Shown piece after piece: positions 1 to 9,101 of a stretch of DNA of 13,829 nt; within the stretch, counting starts at the first letter, position 1; each line of letters starts with the position of its first letter. Made by a program: the position numbers and the translations under genes. The notes beneath the pieces were generated by a model. It was not told where the DNA came from and ran no database searches. It saw nothing but the letters and a program-made list of their open reading frames with translations. This DNA is from Octopus sinensis (taxonomy: Eukaryota). The stretch covers positions 1 through 13,829 of the forward strand of contig NW_021825684.1 in NCBI RefSeq assembly GCF_006345805.1, written 5' to 3'.

Positions 1-120
1 ATGATGATGATGATGAGGATGATGATGATGATGTTGATGATGGTGATGCAGATGATGATGATGATGATGTTGATGATGATGATGAGGATGATGTTGATGA
101 TGATGATGAGGATGATGATG
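1..120. repeat. (ATG/GAT)n trinucleotide microsatellite, imperfect
   Basis: Continuous atgatg run with occasional gag/gtt/gtg/gca interruptions; truncated by the window start. Confidence 0.97.
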
Positions 121-704
121 GTAATGACGGACAGCGAAAACACGAATATCTGGATATAAACAAACATAAAACAACTAAAGAAAAATACACAAAGAATAAC
201 CAAACAAAAAACAATGTTGTCTGTCAAAGATATGAATATAGAAAGAAAAAAAAAAAGAAAACAGAAAGAGAAAAGCCGTTTTATATGATCTATTGTTTGT
301 TGAAATATCTTCGATCTATTGTGATGCTCTCATGAAAATTCATTGATTCTCAAAGTGAATACCATCTTTATTTCATTAAAGTCATTAAGCATAATTTTTT
401 CGGTGGGAGGTGAAGGTGGAAGAAGGGTCTTCAGACATTTATGTATGTATTTATTTGTTGTTTTTTTTTCTTTTTTGTGGGATTTTTTTTTTAACGAATA
501 TATTTTTCTGGTTCTTGTTGCAAAGAAAGAAAGAAAAAAAAAATGGTAATCAATTTTTTTTTTTTTTTTTTTTAATCTGATAGTTATTATCGTCGAAGAA
601 ATAAGTTTTTCTACCCGTTCTTCTTTATAAGTGTTTCTGTTGTTTTTTGTTTTTTTGTGGGGGGGGGTCGGCTGTTTTGGAGAGGAGTTTTGTTTTGATG
701 TTGA

Positions 705-1072
705 TGTCCTTGTTCGTGATGGTGATACATAATGAGGATTGCGATCAGGATGAGGTGAAGGAGGAGGATGACGATCAGGATGATAACGATCAAGATGGTG
801 ATCATGATGAATGATGATGATGATGATGGTGGTGATGATGATGATAATGATAATGATAAGCGCGATGATGATGACGAGGAAAATGATAATGACGATGAGG
901 ATTATGATGATGATAATGGTGATGATGGTGATGATGATGATGATGATGATGATTATGATGATGATGATGATGGTGGTGATGATGATGATAATGATGATGA
1001 TAAGCGCGATGATGATGACGAGGAAAATGATAATGACGATGAGGATTATGATGATGATAATGGTGATGATGG

Positions 1073-1122
<50 letters not shown>

Positions 1123-1165
1123 GTGGTGGTGATGATGATGATGATGATGATAATGGTGATGATGG

Positions 1166-1202
<37 letters not shown>

Positions 1203-1203
1203 C
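705..1203. repeat. Degenerate (GAT)n microsatellite with an internal 144-bp duplication
   Basis: GAT-rich run; the marker aagcgc occurs at 858 and 1002 (144 bp apart) and the surrounding variant pattern repeats with the same period. Confidence 0.95.
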
Positions 1204-1229
1204 ATAATAGTCTTAATTTATTGTCCGTC

Positions 1230-1490
1230 TTATTTCTCTTAATTCTCAGGAAAATTGCCTGATTAGCTAAAAAAACCTCATTTTTCTTCCAAAAAACATT
1301 CCGATATTTGTTGCTTACATAAACTCTTCTACTCTTCCTCCTCTCGACTCCTTCCCATTCTCCCCACTCTCCCCTCCTCCAGGTTTCAGAAATTATAGTT
1401 TCACTGATACCTACAACATCTAACTTTAGGGACCCCAGATCGTTAAGCTGAGTTTTTTTTTTGCTTCTAGGCCGACTGAGGGTCACTCGT
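1230..1490 (-). pseudogene. Decayed N-terminus of an APE-type endonuclease of a non-LTR retrotransposon ORF2 (L1/Tx1-like)
   Basis: Minus-strand translation QLNDLGSLKLDVVGISET (1397-1450) matches the conserved 'L..L..D(I/V)(V/I).(I/L).ET' motif of LINE APE domains. It is preceded by a frameshifted VTL-S-V-GL segment resembling the 'xTLNVRGL' start motif and followed by SRRV..VFWKK, resembling 'SRGVA.L.RK'. Motif recognition by eye only. Confidence 0.55.
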
Positions 1491-1529
1491 AATCGCAACC
1501 TGTTAGAGAAAGGGTACATGATCCGGAAC

Positions 1530-2690
1530 TACAGGACAGTTTTCTTCTGTGAACACGCAAAATGTTCTTCAGATGTCTTCGACTTTGGAGTCTTGCTGAA
1601 GACACCATCGTCACATGGGACCCTCTTCAGAAGTTAAATTAACGTACCAATCAAATAACGGAGTTGATTTAATATGTCCTAGATGTGAAACAAGCTACGA
1701 TTTAAATAAAGTGACTCTATCCTTTACCCAGGGTTTGTTTTCGTTATCTCTATGTAAGAAATCCTTATTTCTTATATCCTTCCCATGTTTCCTTTCATCG
1801 TATCATGGGAAAGATGGTTGCATCTTAAGCCAAATCAGAAATATCATTTCTATTTTCATATTTCATTGGTTTTCATCTTAGATTTCTCTTACTTATCCCC
1901 CACTATTAAAACCGTTTGTGCTTTTAGTTATTTCGCCCTCAAAGATATCAATATATTTGATAAATATTCATCTCATGACCCATCTCAAAATACGATGCCA
2001 AAGCAAACCTCCTCCCAGCTATTGGCATTACATGTTCAAGTAATTTGTTATCTTACGCTCGAGATCCTACTTCTGGTTAAATTCTCCTCACTGCTTTGAT
2101 CCTTAATTCTAGTGTCTCCTAAATATCGCAATATCGGATTATATTTTACATGCTGTTGGTTCGTCTTTCACTCTCATCTCTATCAGGTTTTCATCTTCCC
2201 CTTGTTGGAACACAGCACATAGATATTTGTTATCGCTATACTTGTCCCTTACTTCTTCAACTTCCCATAGCTTCGATGTCACGTTCTGGAGAATAGTTTT
2301 ACTTCTTAAGTGCTTTACATTGAAATATATTCGATATTCTATCAATATAAACAGTCGTTTCTCTTTGCTAAACTCGGATATATCTAAATCTTTCTTACGA
2401 TCAGAGATTTCTCCAGCAAGTCTCCTTTAAGAATTTATTTGCTTTACAGGTGCTTTATATTTACTGCTTGTGCAAATGCAGTGACGGCAAAGTGTTGAGA
2501 TACTTGCTTAAGAAGAACGACTTTTTTTTTATTGACCCTGAAAATGTAAAAGATAATTCCTCACCTTCCCTAATTAAGTTCGATGGGAAATTACTCAAGA
2601 AACCTGTATGTGATTGCTTGATCTTTTCGAAATAGCAGCTAAATATCCATAAAATCACACCCTGCAGTCTTATATAAACACAGGACATAC
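1530..2690 (-). mobile_element. Probable decayed ORF1 region of the same L1/Tx1-like LINE
   Basis: Non-repetitive sequence, purine-rich on the minus strand, with several 60-95 codon open stretches (2461-2688, 2139-~2426) broken by stops and frameshifts. A vestigial CCHC knuckle reads C-F-T-(S)//G-H-I-K-S-T-P at 1659-1692. It lies directly upstream of the endonuclease motif, where ORF1 is expected. Confidence 0.35.
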
Positions 2691-2917
2691 TGATTTCAAA
2701 TTTTGGAGCGAGGCCAACAATTTCGGGGAAAGGGATAAGTTGATTACATGAACGCCAGTGTTCAACTGGTACTTATTTTATTAACCCCCCCCCCCTCTAT
2801 GAAAGGATGAAAAGCAAAGTCGAACCCGTCGGAATTTGAACCTAGAACATAAAGCCGGAAGAAATGCCGCTAATCATTTTTTTCCGGCGCGACATCGATT
2901 CTGCCAGCTCTCTGCCA
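2691..2917 (-). mobile_element. tRNA-derived SINE, family A, diverged copy
   Basis: Alignable by eye to 3327-3558 and 3800-4028 (aagttgattacatgaacgccagtg..aactggtactta..tgaaaggatgaaaagcaaagtcgaacc..cggaatttgaac..ctgccagctc) but with many substitutions and a different 3' end. Confidence 0.85.
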
Positions 2918-3113
2918 CATTTCCAGGTGGCTGCCAACTGCCAATAAGAATTTTGTCAAACGAGCTGATGATTCCACCAGGCCGTCGCCTTAAACAAAAA
3001 CAGGTAATATTATGCATATTACTAAAAAAACTGACTGTAGAGTCACGGCTGGAACATGTGGTTTTTAATTGGTTTCAGTAGTCTAACTAAGGACTAAGCA
3101 CAAGCAGTATCTT

Positions 3114-3141
3114 TATCATCATCATCATCCTCATCATCATC

Positions 3142-3215
<74 letters not shown>

Positions 3216-3230
3216 TCATATTATTATTAT

Positions 3231-3326
<96 letters not shown>
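3114..3326. repeat. Compound microsatellite (ATC)n/(ATT)n followed by (TAG)n
   Basis: Direct reading; the (TAG)n part abuts the 3' end of the minus-strand SINE at 3327 and is its (CTA)n tail. Confidence 0.97.
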
Positions 3327-3328
<2 letters not shown>

Positions 3329-3558
3329 TTTCTTTACTGCCCACAAGGGGGCTAAACACAGAGGGGACAAACAAGGACAGACACACGGATTAAGTCGATT
3401 ACATCGACCCCAGTGCGTAACTGGTTCTTTATTTATCGACCCCGAAAGGATGAAAGGCAAAGTTGACCTCGGCGGAATTTGAACTCAAAACGTAGCGACA
3501 GACGAAATACCGCTAAGCATTTCGCCCGGCGCGCTAACGTTTCTGCCACCTCGCCGCC
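3327..3558 (-). mobile_element. tRNA-derived SINE, family A, full-length copy
   Basis: Minus strand begins ggcggcgaggtggcagaaacgttag (A-box-like) and has a B box gagttcaaattcc. The central ggtcaactttgcctttcatcctttcggggtcgataaat segment resembles the Meta/MESC-type SINE core (from memory, unverified). Near-identical to 3800-4028. Ends in agtaaagaaata plus (CTA)n. Confidence 0.9.
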
Positions 3559-3560
3559 TT

Positions 3561-3561
3561 C

Positions 3562-3602
<41 letters not shown>
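3561..3602. repeat. (TAG)n microsatellite
   Basis: Pure tag run between the SINE head and the RTE-like 3' end. Confidence 0.97.
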
Positions 3603-3603
<1 letters not shown>

Positions 3604-3756
3604 AGTCTTCAGGCACCTCCTCCATAGAGTCCTATCAGAAGCAGCATTCCCAAGCGTGACCAACTGAGGTTGTGGGTATTACCCGACTATTTCATGCTTG
3701 TTCTACCCCAGGTCTTCTGCTGATTCTTGGGATAGATTCCTCAAGCAACATCTCCA
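3603..3756 (-). mobile_element. 3' end of an RTE-clade LINE, decayed
   Basis: Stitching minus-strand frames gives MLLEESIPRISRRPG-GRTSMK(*)SGN..LSWSRLG / NAASDRTLWRRCLKTL. This follows the RTE ORF C-terminal pattern 'L.G...G.R.RGRP..RW.D......L......A.DR..WR' and is immediately followed by a (CTA)n tail, as RTE elements end in short tandem repeats. Confidence 0.55.
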
Positions 3757-3799
3757 TAGAATGTAAATAATGTACACAATTCCTCATCTCTTAAATATA

Positions 3800-4028
3800 T
3801 ATTTCTTTACTAGCCACAAGGGGCTAAACACATGGGGGGACAAACAAGGACAGACAAACGGCTTAAGTCGATTACATCAACCCCAGTGCGTAACTGGTAC
3901 TTAATTTATCGACCCCGAAAGGGTGAAAGGCAAAGTCGACCTCGGCGGAATTTGAACCCAGAACGTAACGGCAGACGAAATACGGCTACGCATTTCGCCC
4001 GGCGTGCTAACGTTTCTGCCAGCTCGCC
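3800..4028 (-). mobile_element. tRNA-derived SINE, family A, full-length copy
   Basis: Minus-strand head ggcgagctggcagaaacgttagcacg, B box gggttcaaattcc (plus strand ~3947-3959), same body and same terminal agtaaagaaata as 3327-3558. Confidence 0.92.
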
Positions 4029-4029
4029 T

Positions 4030-4193
4030 TATTATAATTATTATTATTATTATTATTATTATTATCATATTATTATTATTATTATTATTATTTATTATTA
4101 TTATTTTATTATTATCATTATATATAATTATTATTATTATTATTGTTATTATTATTATTATTATATTATTATTAGTAGTAGTAGTAGTAGTAG
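4030..4193. repeat. Compound (TAT)n then (TAG)n microsatellite
   Basis: Direct reading. Confidence 0.97.
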
Positions 4194-4371
4194 TATTTCT
4201 TTACTCATCTCTTAAATATAGAACTGTATTTCCCTCATTTCTTCTTTTGCCAACTCTATGTGGTTGCAAACCTACGCAGACGCCATCTAAGCTCTCGCAC
4301 CTTGGACCCTGCGAAACATTTAGGATGGTTAAAATGGAGGAAAAAGAGAAGACTGCACTATGGTTCTTCTG

Positions 4372-4513
4372 GGGTTACTCATTTCCTTTCTGCAGCGGAG
4401 TTGATTGGACCAACGTGGAATGGATTATCTTGCTCAAGGACACCAAAGTTCCACCCGATTCGGGAATCGAAACTCACGGAGTTGTTTTATGACCATGAGC
4501 CCAATGCTCTTAA
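4372..4513 (-). mobile_element. tRNA-derived SINE, family C (CORE/V-like), diverged fragment
   Basis: Minus strand has a B-box-like gtttcgattccc (4462-4473) followed by gtgtccttgagcaagata.., resembling the 'ccttgagcaag' start of CORE/V-type SINE cores. Confidence 0.6.
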
Positions 4514-4606
4514 TATAAAGGGGTTATCACATTTCTAATACGCTTTCAGAGAATCATGAATCGTGGCGAGTTACTTACTGAAATGGACACAGACGTGGCA
4601 TCAGAA

Positions 4607-4692
4607 ACAATAACATAAAACAACAAAAAAATAATTTAGCTTTACAAAACAAAAGCAACAACACAACTACAACAATAATAATAACAACAAAC

Positions 4693-4748
<56 letters not shown>

Positions 4749-4786
4749 TAATAATGATAATAATGATGATGATGATGATGATGAGG

Positions 4787-4841
<55 letters not shown>

Positions 4842-4870
4842 TAAAATAATAACAATAATTAATAATAATT
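4607..4870. repeat. Compound (AAC)/(AAT)/(GAT)n microsatellite
   Basis: Direct reading. Confidence 0.95.
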
Positions 4871-5069
4871 GTCTTAACTGGTACATCACACGTATTGAGA
4901 GAGCATGTCGATGTATTTTAATTTAACTTTTAAAAAAAAAAAAAAAAAAAAAATGAACGAACTACTGAGTTTGGTTTAATGGCCTACCAATATACACTAT
5001 GAGTTTCTTGCCGTAGGAGTCGGGAAGACACTCGGCAAGAAATGGAAGAAAATTTGAAAGAAGAAAAAA

Positions 5070-5149
5070 AAAATAATAATAATAATAATAAAATAACAAT
5101 AATAAAATAATAAGAATATAAATAATAATAATAACAATATAATAATAAC

Positions 5150-5184
<35 letters not shown>

Positions 5185-5197
5185 TAATAATAATAAC

Positions 5198-5280
<83 letters not shown>
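5070..5280. repeat. (AAT)n microsatellite
   Basis: Direct reading. Confidence 0.97.
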
Positions 5281-5281
<1 letters not shown>

Positions 5282-5396
5282 CGTAGGGAAGAATAGATAA
5301 ATAATTCAGTGGAAATGACCGCAACAAGTGCCATTGAAATCGAATGTGAATGAAATGATCAGAGTGGATGTAATATCTACTAGAAGTAATCGATAA

Positions 5397-5940
5397 TTCT
5401 CTCTCTCTCTCTCTCTCTCTCAACACATGACTCATTTATATAAATAAATTATAATGTAAGTACATATATAAATACATACACACATATATATAAACACACG
5501 TAAATATATATATGTATATATAAAGAAACATATATATGTGTATAAATGTATTTACAAATATATATGTACACACATATATGTATGTATTTATATACATACA
5601 TATATATATGTGTGTATGTATATATATATATATATATACATATATATGTATATATATATATATGTATACATATGTTTATGTATATATATATATCAATTCA
5701 ATTTGGGTGTGTTTTCCGAAGTAATACACTCTATTCTTGAATAAGTGTGTGTGTGTACGCACGTGTGTAAGTGTATTTATATGTACACACTCACACACAC
5801 ACACGCACAAATATGTATATGTCTGTATATGTATATGTATGTATACAGTTATATGTGTGTGTATATGTATGTATGTGGATATATGTATGCATGTGAATAT
5901 ATGTATGTATGCATGTATGTATGTGTGTGTGTGAGTGTAT
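5397..5940. repeat. (CT)n followed by degenerate (TA)/(TG)/(TATG) low-complexity tract
   Basis: Direct reading; explains ORFs 5536-5999. Confidence 0.93.
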
Positions 5941-6208
5941 GTTGTTCTAGTGCCATTGTTTATTTTGGCTGTAATTCAAACTTTACAGAGAGAAACTAGC
6001 CAATAGTGGACACGAACACATGTCATTATTTGCTACAGTTCAGAATTTAGTTAAATGTGGAATCTCTAGAGAATGTATTTCAAGAAAGAATAACAAAAAA
6101 AAAAATGAGAAAGAAAGAAATACATTTTAAAAACCATTTTGCAGCCTAAATTTTTATTCCGATTCCATTAGTCTTCTGCTGGTTTTGATATACATTTCTG
6201 AATATATG

Positions 6209-6495
6209 ACCCCCCCCCCACCCCCACCCGGCACCACCACTGTTTAACAATCGGTTTTGATTTGTGTATGTCCCCGTAACTTAGAGGTTCGGCAAATGAT
6301 ACCAATACAATAACTGTCGGTCTTGTTTTTAAAAAAGAAAATATGTGCAGAGGTCGATCTGCTCTTTCTGCATCGTTGCAGTGTGACTCGTCAACAATGT
6401 GACTCTGCAACAATGTGACTCGTCAACAATGTGACTCGTCGACAATGTGACTCTTCAACATCGCCGCAGTGCAATGACCGAAACAACTAAAAAAA
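6209..6495 (+). mobile_element. 3' half of a family B SINE, interrupted by a 16-bp minisatellite
   Basis: tgtccccgtaacttagaggttcggcaaa and ..catcgccgcagtgcaatgaccgaaacaactaaaa align to the 3' half of the copy at 11069-11467 (cgtccccgtaacctagcggttcggca ... catggccactgtcaaa..aaacaagtaaaa). Confidence 0.75.
6382..6461. repeat. 16-bp minisatellite, 5 copies, consensus tgtgactcgtcaacaa
   Basis: Units start at 6382, 6398, 6414, 6430 and 6446, each with 0-2 substitutions. Confidence 0.95.
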
Positions 6496-6526
6496 TAAAA
6501 GTTCAAAATTTTGAGCAGAAACACAA

Positions 6527-6964
6527 TACATACATACACACACACATACAAACATACATACATACATACATACATACATACATACAAGCATACATACATA
6601 CATACATTCATACATACATACATACATGCATACATGCATACATACATACATACATACATACATACCTACATTCATACATACATACATTCATACATACATA
6701 CATACATGCATACATGCATACATACATACATACATACATACAAGCATACATACATACATACATACATACATACATACATACAAGCATACATACATACATA
6801 CATACATACATACATACATACATACATACATTCATACATACATACATACATACATACATACATTCATACATACATACATACATTCATACATACATCCATC
6901 CATACATACATACATACATACATACATACATACATACATACATACATACACACATACATACATA
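6527..6964. repeat. (CATA)n tetranucleotide microsatellite, ~440 bp
   Basis: Direct reading; 6601-6660 and 6681-6740 are identical including the cattc/catgc variants (80-bp period). Confidence 0.98.
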
Positions 6965-7462
6965 CTGAGAAATCTGCAGTTACTCTATCCAGATTACAAG
7001 TATATACTTGAAACTACTGGGGCCCTGGGATATGTAAAACACTACCTAAATTCCAATCTTGAGAAATTTAGTTTCTCAAAACCAGAAAATAGAAGCCGAT
7101 TCGAACACGACAGATCCAGTCCATCAGTGGAACTGTAAAGATCTGTAAAACTTTCCAGGAGTATATCATTTAAATATATACAAGCATGTCTAGACATGCA
7201 ACTATATGCATGAGAATACATACATAAAACAAAACATACACATCTGTACATATACCTATATAAATACCTACCTACATACATACATACATACATACATACG
7301 TACATACATACATACATACATACATACATACATACATACATACATACATACATACATACTCGGTTGGTGATGTTGAAATTCCAATGAAGGAGCCTTGGAT
7401 CTAGGTTAGAAACCAACTCTTTCTCTATTGGCAAGAAATCTTGAAATAAAACTGAATAATGA
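6965..7462 (+). mobile_element. 5'-truncated RLE-type (R4/Dong/NeSL-like) non-LTR retrotransposon: endonuclease C-terminus plus 3' UTR
   Basis: LRNLQLLYPDYKYILETTGALGYVKHYLNSNLEKFSFSKPENR (from 6965), then after a 1-nt frameshift near 7095 PIRTRQIQSISGTVKICKTFQEYII* (stop 7171-7173). This matches the 'L..LY......GALG......L..L......I..LQ...I.GT.KI' tail of restriction-like endonuclease ORFs. The 3' UTR has internal (TACA)n and ends aataaaactgaataatga followed by CATA-type repeats. Confidence 0.75.
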
Positions 7463-7650
7463 CATATATACATAATACATAGAAATACACATGCATTCTC
7501 GCATGCATACTTACATACATGCATGCATATATATGCATACATACATGCATGCATACATACATGATTGCATACATACATTCCTATATACATACACACTACA
7601 TACATACACAATACATACATACACACACATACATTTATATATATATATGT
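7463..7650. repeat. Degenerate (CATA)/(TA) tract
   Basis: Direct reading; probable tail or target of the RLE element. Confidence 0.9.
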
Positions 7651-7839
7651 CGCCATGATTGACCGCTAGTTACTAAAACTTTCATTTTGTATTCTCTGTT
7701 TATTTTCTCGTGTTCCTTTCTGTTGAAGAGCGTAGGCTCGAAACGTAAAAGACTTTCTCACCTTCCCTAGCATTAAACTAATACACCTGTTTGTTGTTTA
7801 CACACCTGTCTTCTTTTTTTGTTTTTCTGTAAATTCCAA

Positions 7840-7840
<1 letters not shown>
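7651..7840 (+). mobile_element. Short repeat fragment carrying a hammerhead ribozyme; probable Penelope-like element terminal (pseudo-LTR) piece
   Basis: T-rich unique segment bounded by (TA)n on both sides and containing the minimal hammerhead at 7716-7751. Association of such motifs with Penelope-like elements is established knowledge; no RT or GIY-YIG coding sequence is seen here. Confidence 0.5.
7716..7751 (+). ncRNA. Minimal type-I hammerhead ribozyme motif (core variant)
   Basis: cttt-CTGTTGA-a-GAGC-gtag-GCTC-GAAA-C-GTA-aaag: stem I cttt/aaag, stem II GAGC/GCTC, palindromic ACGT in place of stem III, and cleavage triplet GUA (7745-7747). Core position A6 is U. Confidence 0.65.
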
Positions 7841-7891
<51 letters not shown>

Positions 7892-7935
7892 GTTTAGATA
7901 GATAGATAGATAGATGGATAGATAGATAGATATAT

Positions 7936-7996
<61 letters not shown>

Positions 7997-8027
7997 TGAT
8001 AGATAGATAGATAGATAGATAGATATA
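7841..8027. repeat. (TA)/(TG)n followed by (GATA)n microsatellite
   Basis: Direct reading. Confidence 0.97.
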
Positions 8028-8028
8028 T

Positions 8029-8134
8029 GCCGGAACCGCTAGATTACGAGAACTTAACCCACACCAGCATCTGTTGACAAGCGATGATGGGGGGAGGGGA
8101 CAAACAACACACACAAAAAAACATAATATCTATG

Positions 8135-8166
<32 letters not shown>

Positions 8167-8333
8167 TATGATGGGGTTCTTTCAGTTTCCGTCTACCAAA
8201 TCCCCTTACAAGGCTTTGGTCGGCCCGAGGCTATAGTAGAAGATTCTTGCCTAAGGTACCACGCAATGGGACTGAACCCGAAACCATGCGATTGGTAAGC
8301 AAGCTACTTACCACACAGCCGCTCCAACGCCTA
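8029..8333 (-). mobile_element. tRNA-derived CORE-type SINE, family B (octopus OR-like), 3'-truncated
   Basis: The reverse complement reads ..ggctgtgtggtaagtagcttgcttaccaatcgcatggtttcgggttcagtcccattgcgtggtaccttaggcaagaatcttctactatagcctcgggccgaccaaagccttg.., with a B box and a CORE-like ccttaggcaag. It has an internal (TA)/(TG) tract and aligns to 11069-11467. Confidence 0.88.
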
Positions 8334-8734
8334 TATCTTGGTTAAAAATAGCAGCACAAAAAAAAAATTTGCTTTTCTGGGGAAAACAAAATCTCCAGAT
8401 CCTTCCATATTTCAAAAATAATGTCGCCACCAATTGATTGCTATTATTGTCGTTATCATCAACCTTATCCGTTTATCCACCATCTTTTATTTCGTATCAT
8501 GAATACAATCCAGATTCCGAAAAAAGGAAAAAAACAAAATGCTCTCAACTTTGACCTAAATTTACGAAACAATAACGAAAGAGTCGAAAGTATAAAATGG
8601 CTTTTAAGATGCTTCGCTCCTTCTTTTCTTCTGTCCATTTACTTTTGAAAACCTTTCAAACTCTGAAATCACGAAGGAAACGATACAGGACTGGCGGAAA
8701 TATTTATTTATCTTTTTTTTTTTTTCTTTCTCTC

Positions 8735-8761
8735 TCGCATCTTCTCTCTCCTCTCTCTCTA

Positions 8762-8801
<40 letters not shown>

Positions 8802-8804
8802 CTC

Positions 8805-8839
<35 letters not shown>

Positions 8840-8840
8840 G
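8735..8840. repeat. (CT)n microsatellite
   Basis: Direct reading. Confidence 0.97.
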
Positions 8841-9000
8841 TCCTTCTTTCTTTCAATGTTTTAAGTTAGGAATCTGTCCATTTCTTTACTGAGATTGCTT
8901 TTATTTGTGTGTGTGTGTGTGTTTTCTTTTTCTTTTTTTCTTTTTTCTTGTTATAGCGAATTAGAGGAGAAACAATATTAGCAATCCCGATAAACATATT

Positions 9001-9001
9001 G

Positions 9002-9044
<43 letters not shown>

Positions 9045-9061
9045 TAATAATGATGATGATG

Positions 9062-9101
<40 letters not shown>

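Larger units (their letters stand above)
3783..4220. repeat. 17-bp direct repeat (target-site duplication) ctcatctcttaaatata at 3783-3799 and 4204-4220
   Basis: Exact 17-nt match flanking the SINE copy and the microsatellite. Confidence 0.9.

Noticed and set aside
768-1262. 164-aa Asp-rich ORF resembling an acidic biomineralisation-type protein
   Set aside because: It is the in-frame reading of a (GAT)n microsatellite; equally long poly-Met and poly-Ile ORFs overlap it. No signal peptide or credible splice sites.
2450-2635. Plus-strand ORF after an acceptor-like ttgctttacag (VLYIYCLCKC..)
   Set aside because: No recognisable domain; it is the antisense of the purine-rich LINE-like region and no exon chain supports it.
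5017-5057. VGKTLGKKWKKI* after a possible acceptor (tttcttgccgtag), reminiscent of HMG-box helix 2-3
   Set aside because: Only 12 residues, an immediate stop, no matching helix 1 or donor site; compatible with chance in A-rich sequence.
6447-7011. HTYI/MYVC repeat ORFs and similar poly-amino-acid ORFs throughout the track
   Set aside because: Pure translations of (CATA)n, (TA)n, (TAG)n and (AAT)n microsatellites.
8620-8710. PFTFENLSNSEITKETIQDWRK, faintly like a MAP-kinase C-terminal segment
   Set aside because: No donor site, it runs into poly-T/(CT)n, and the similarity is too weak.
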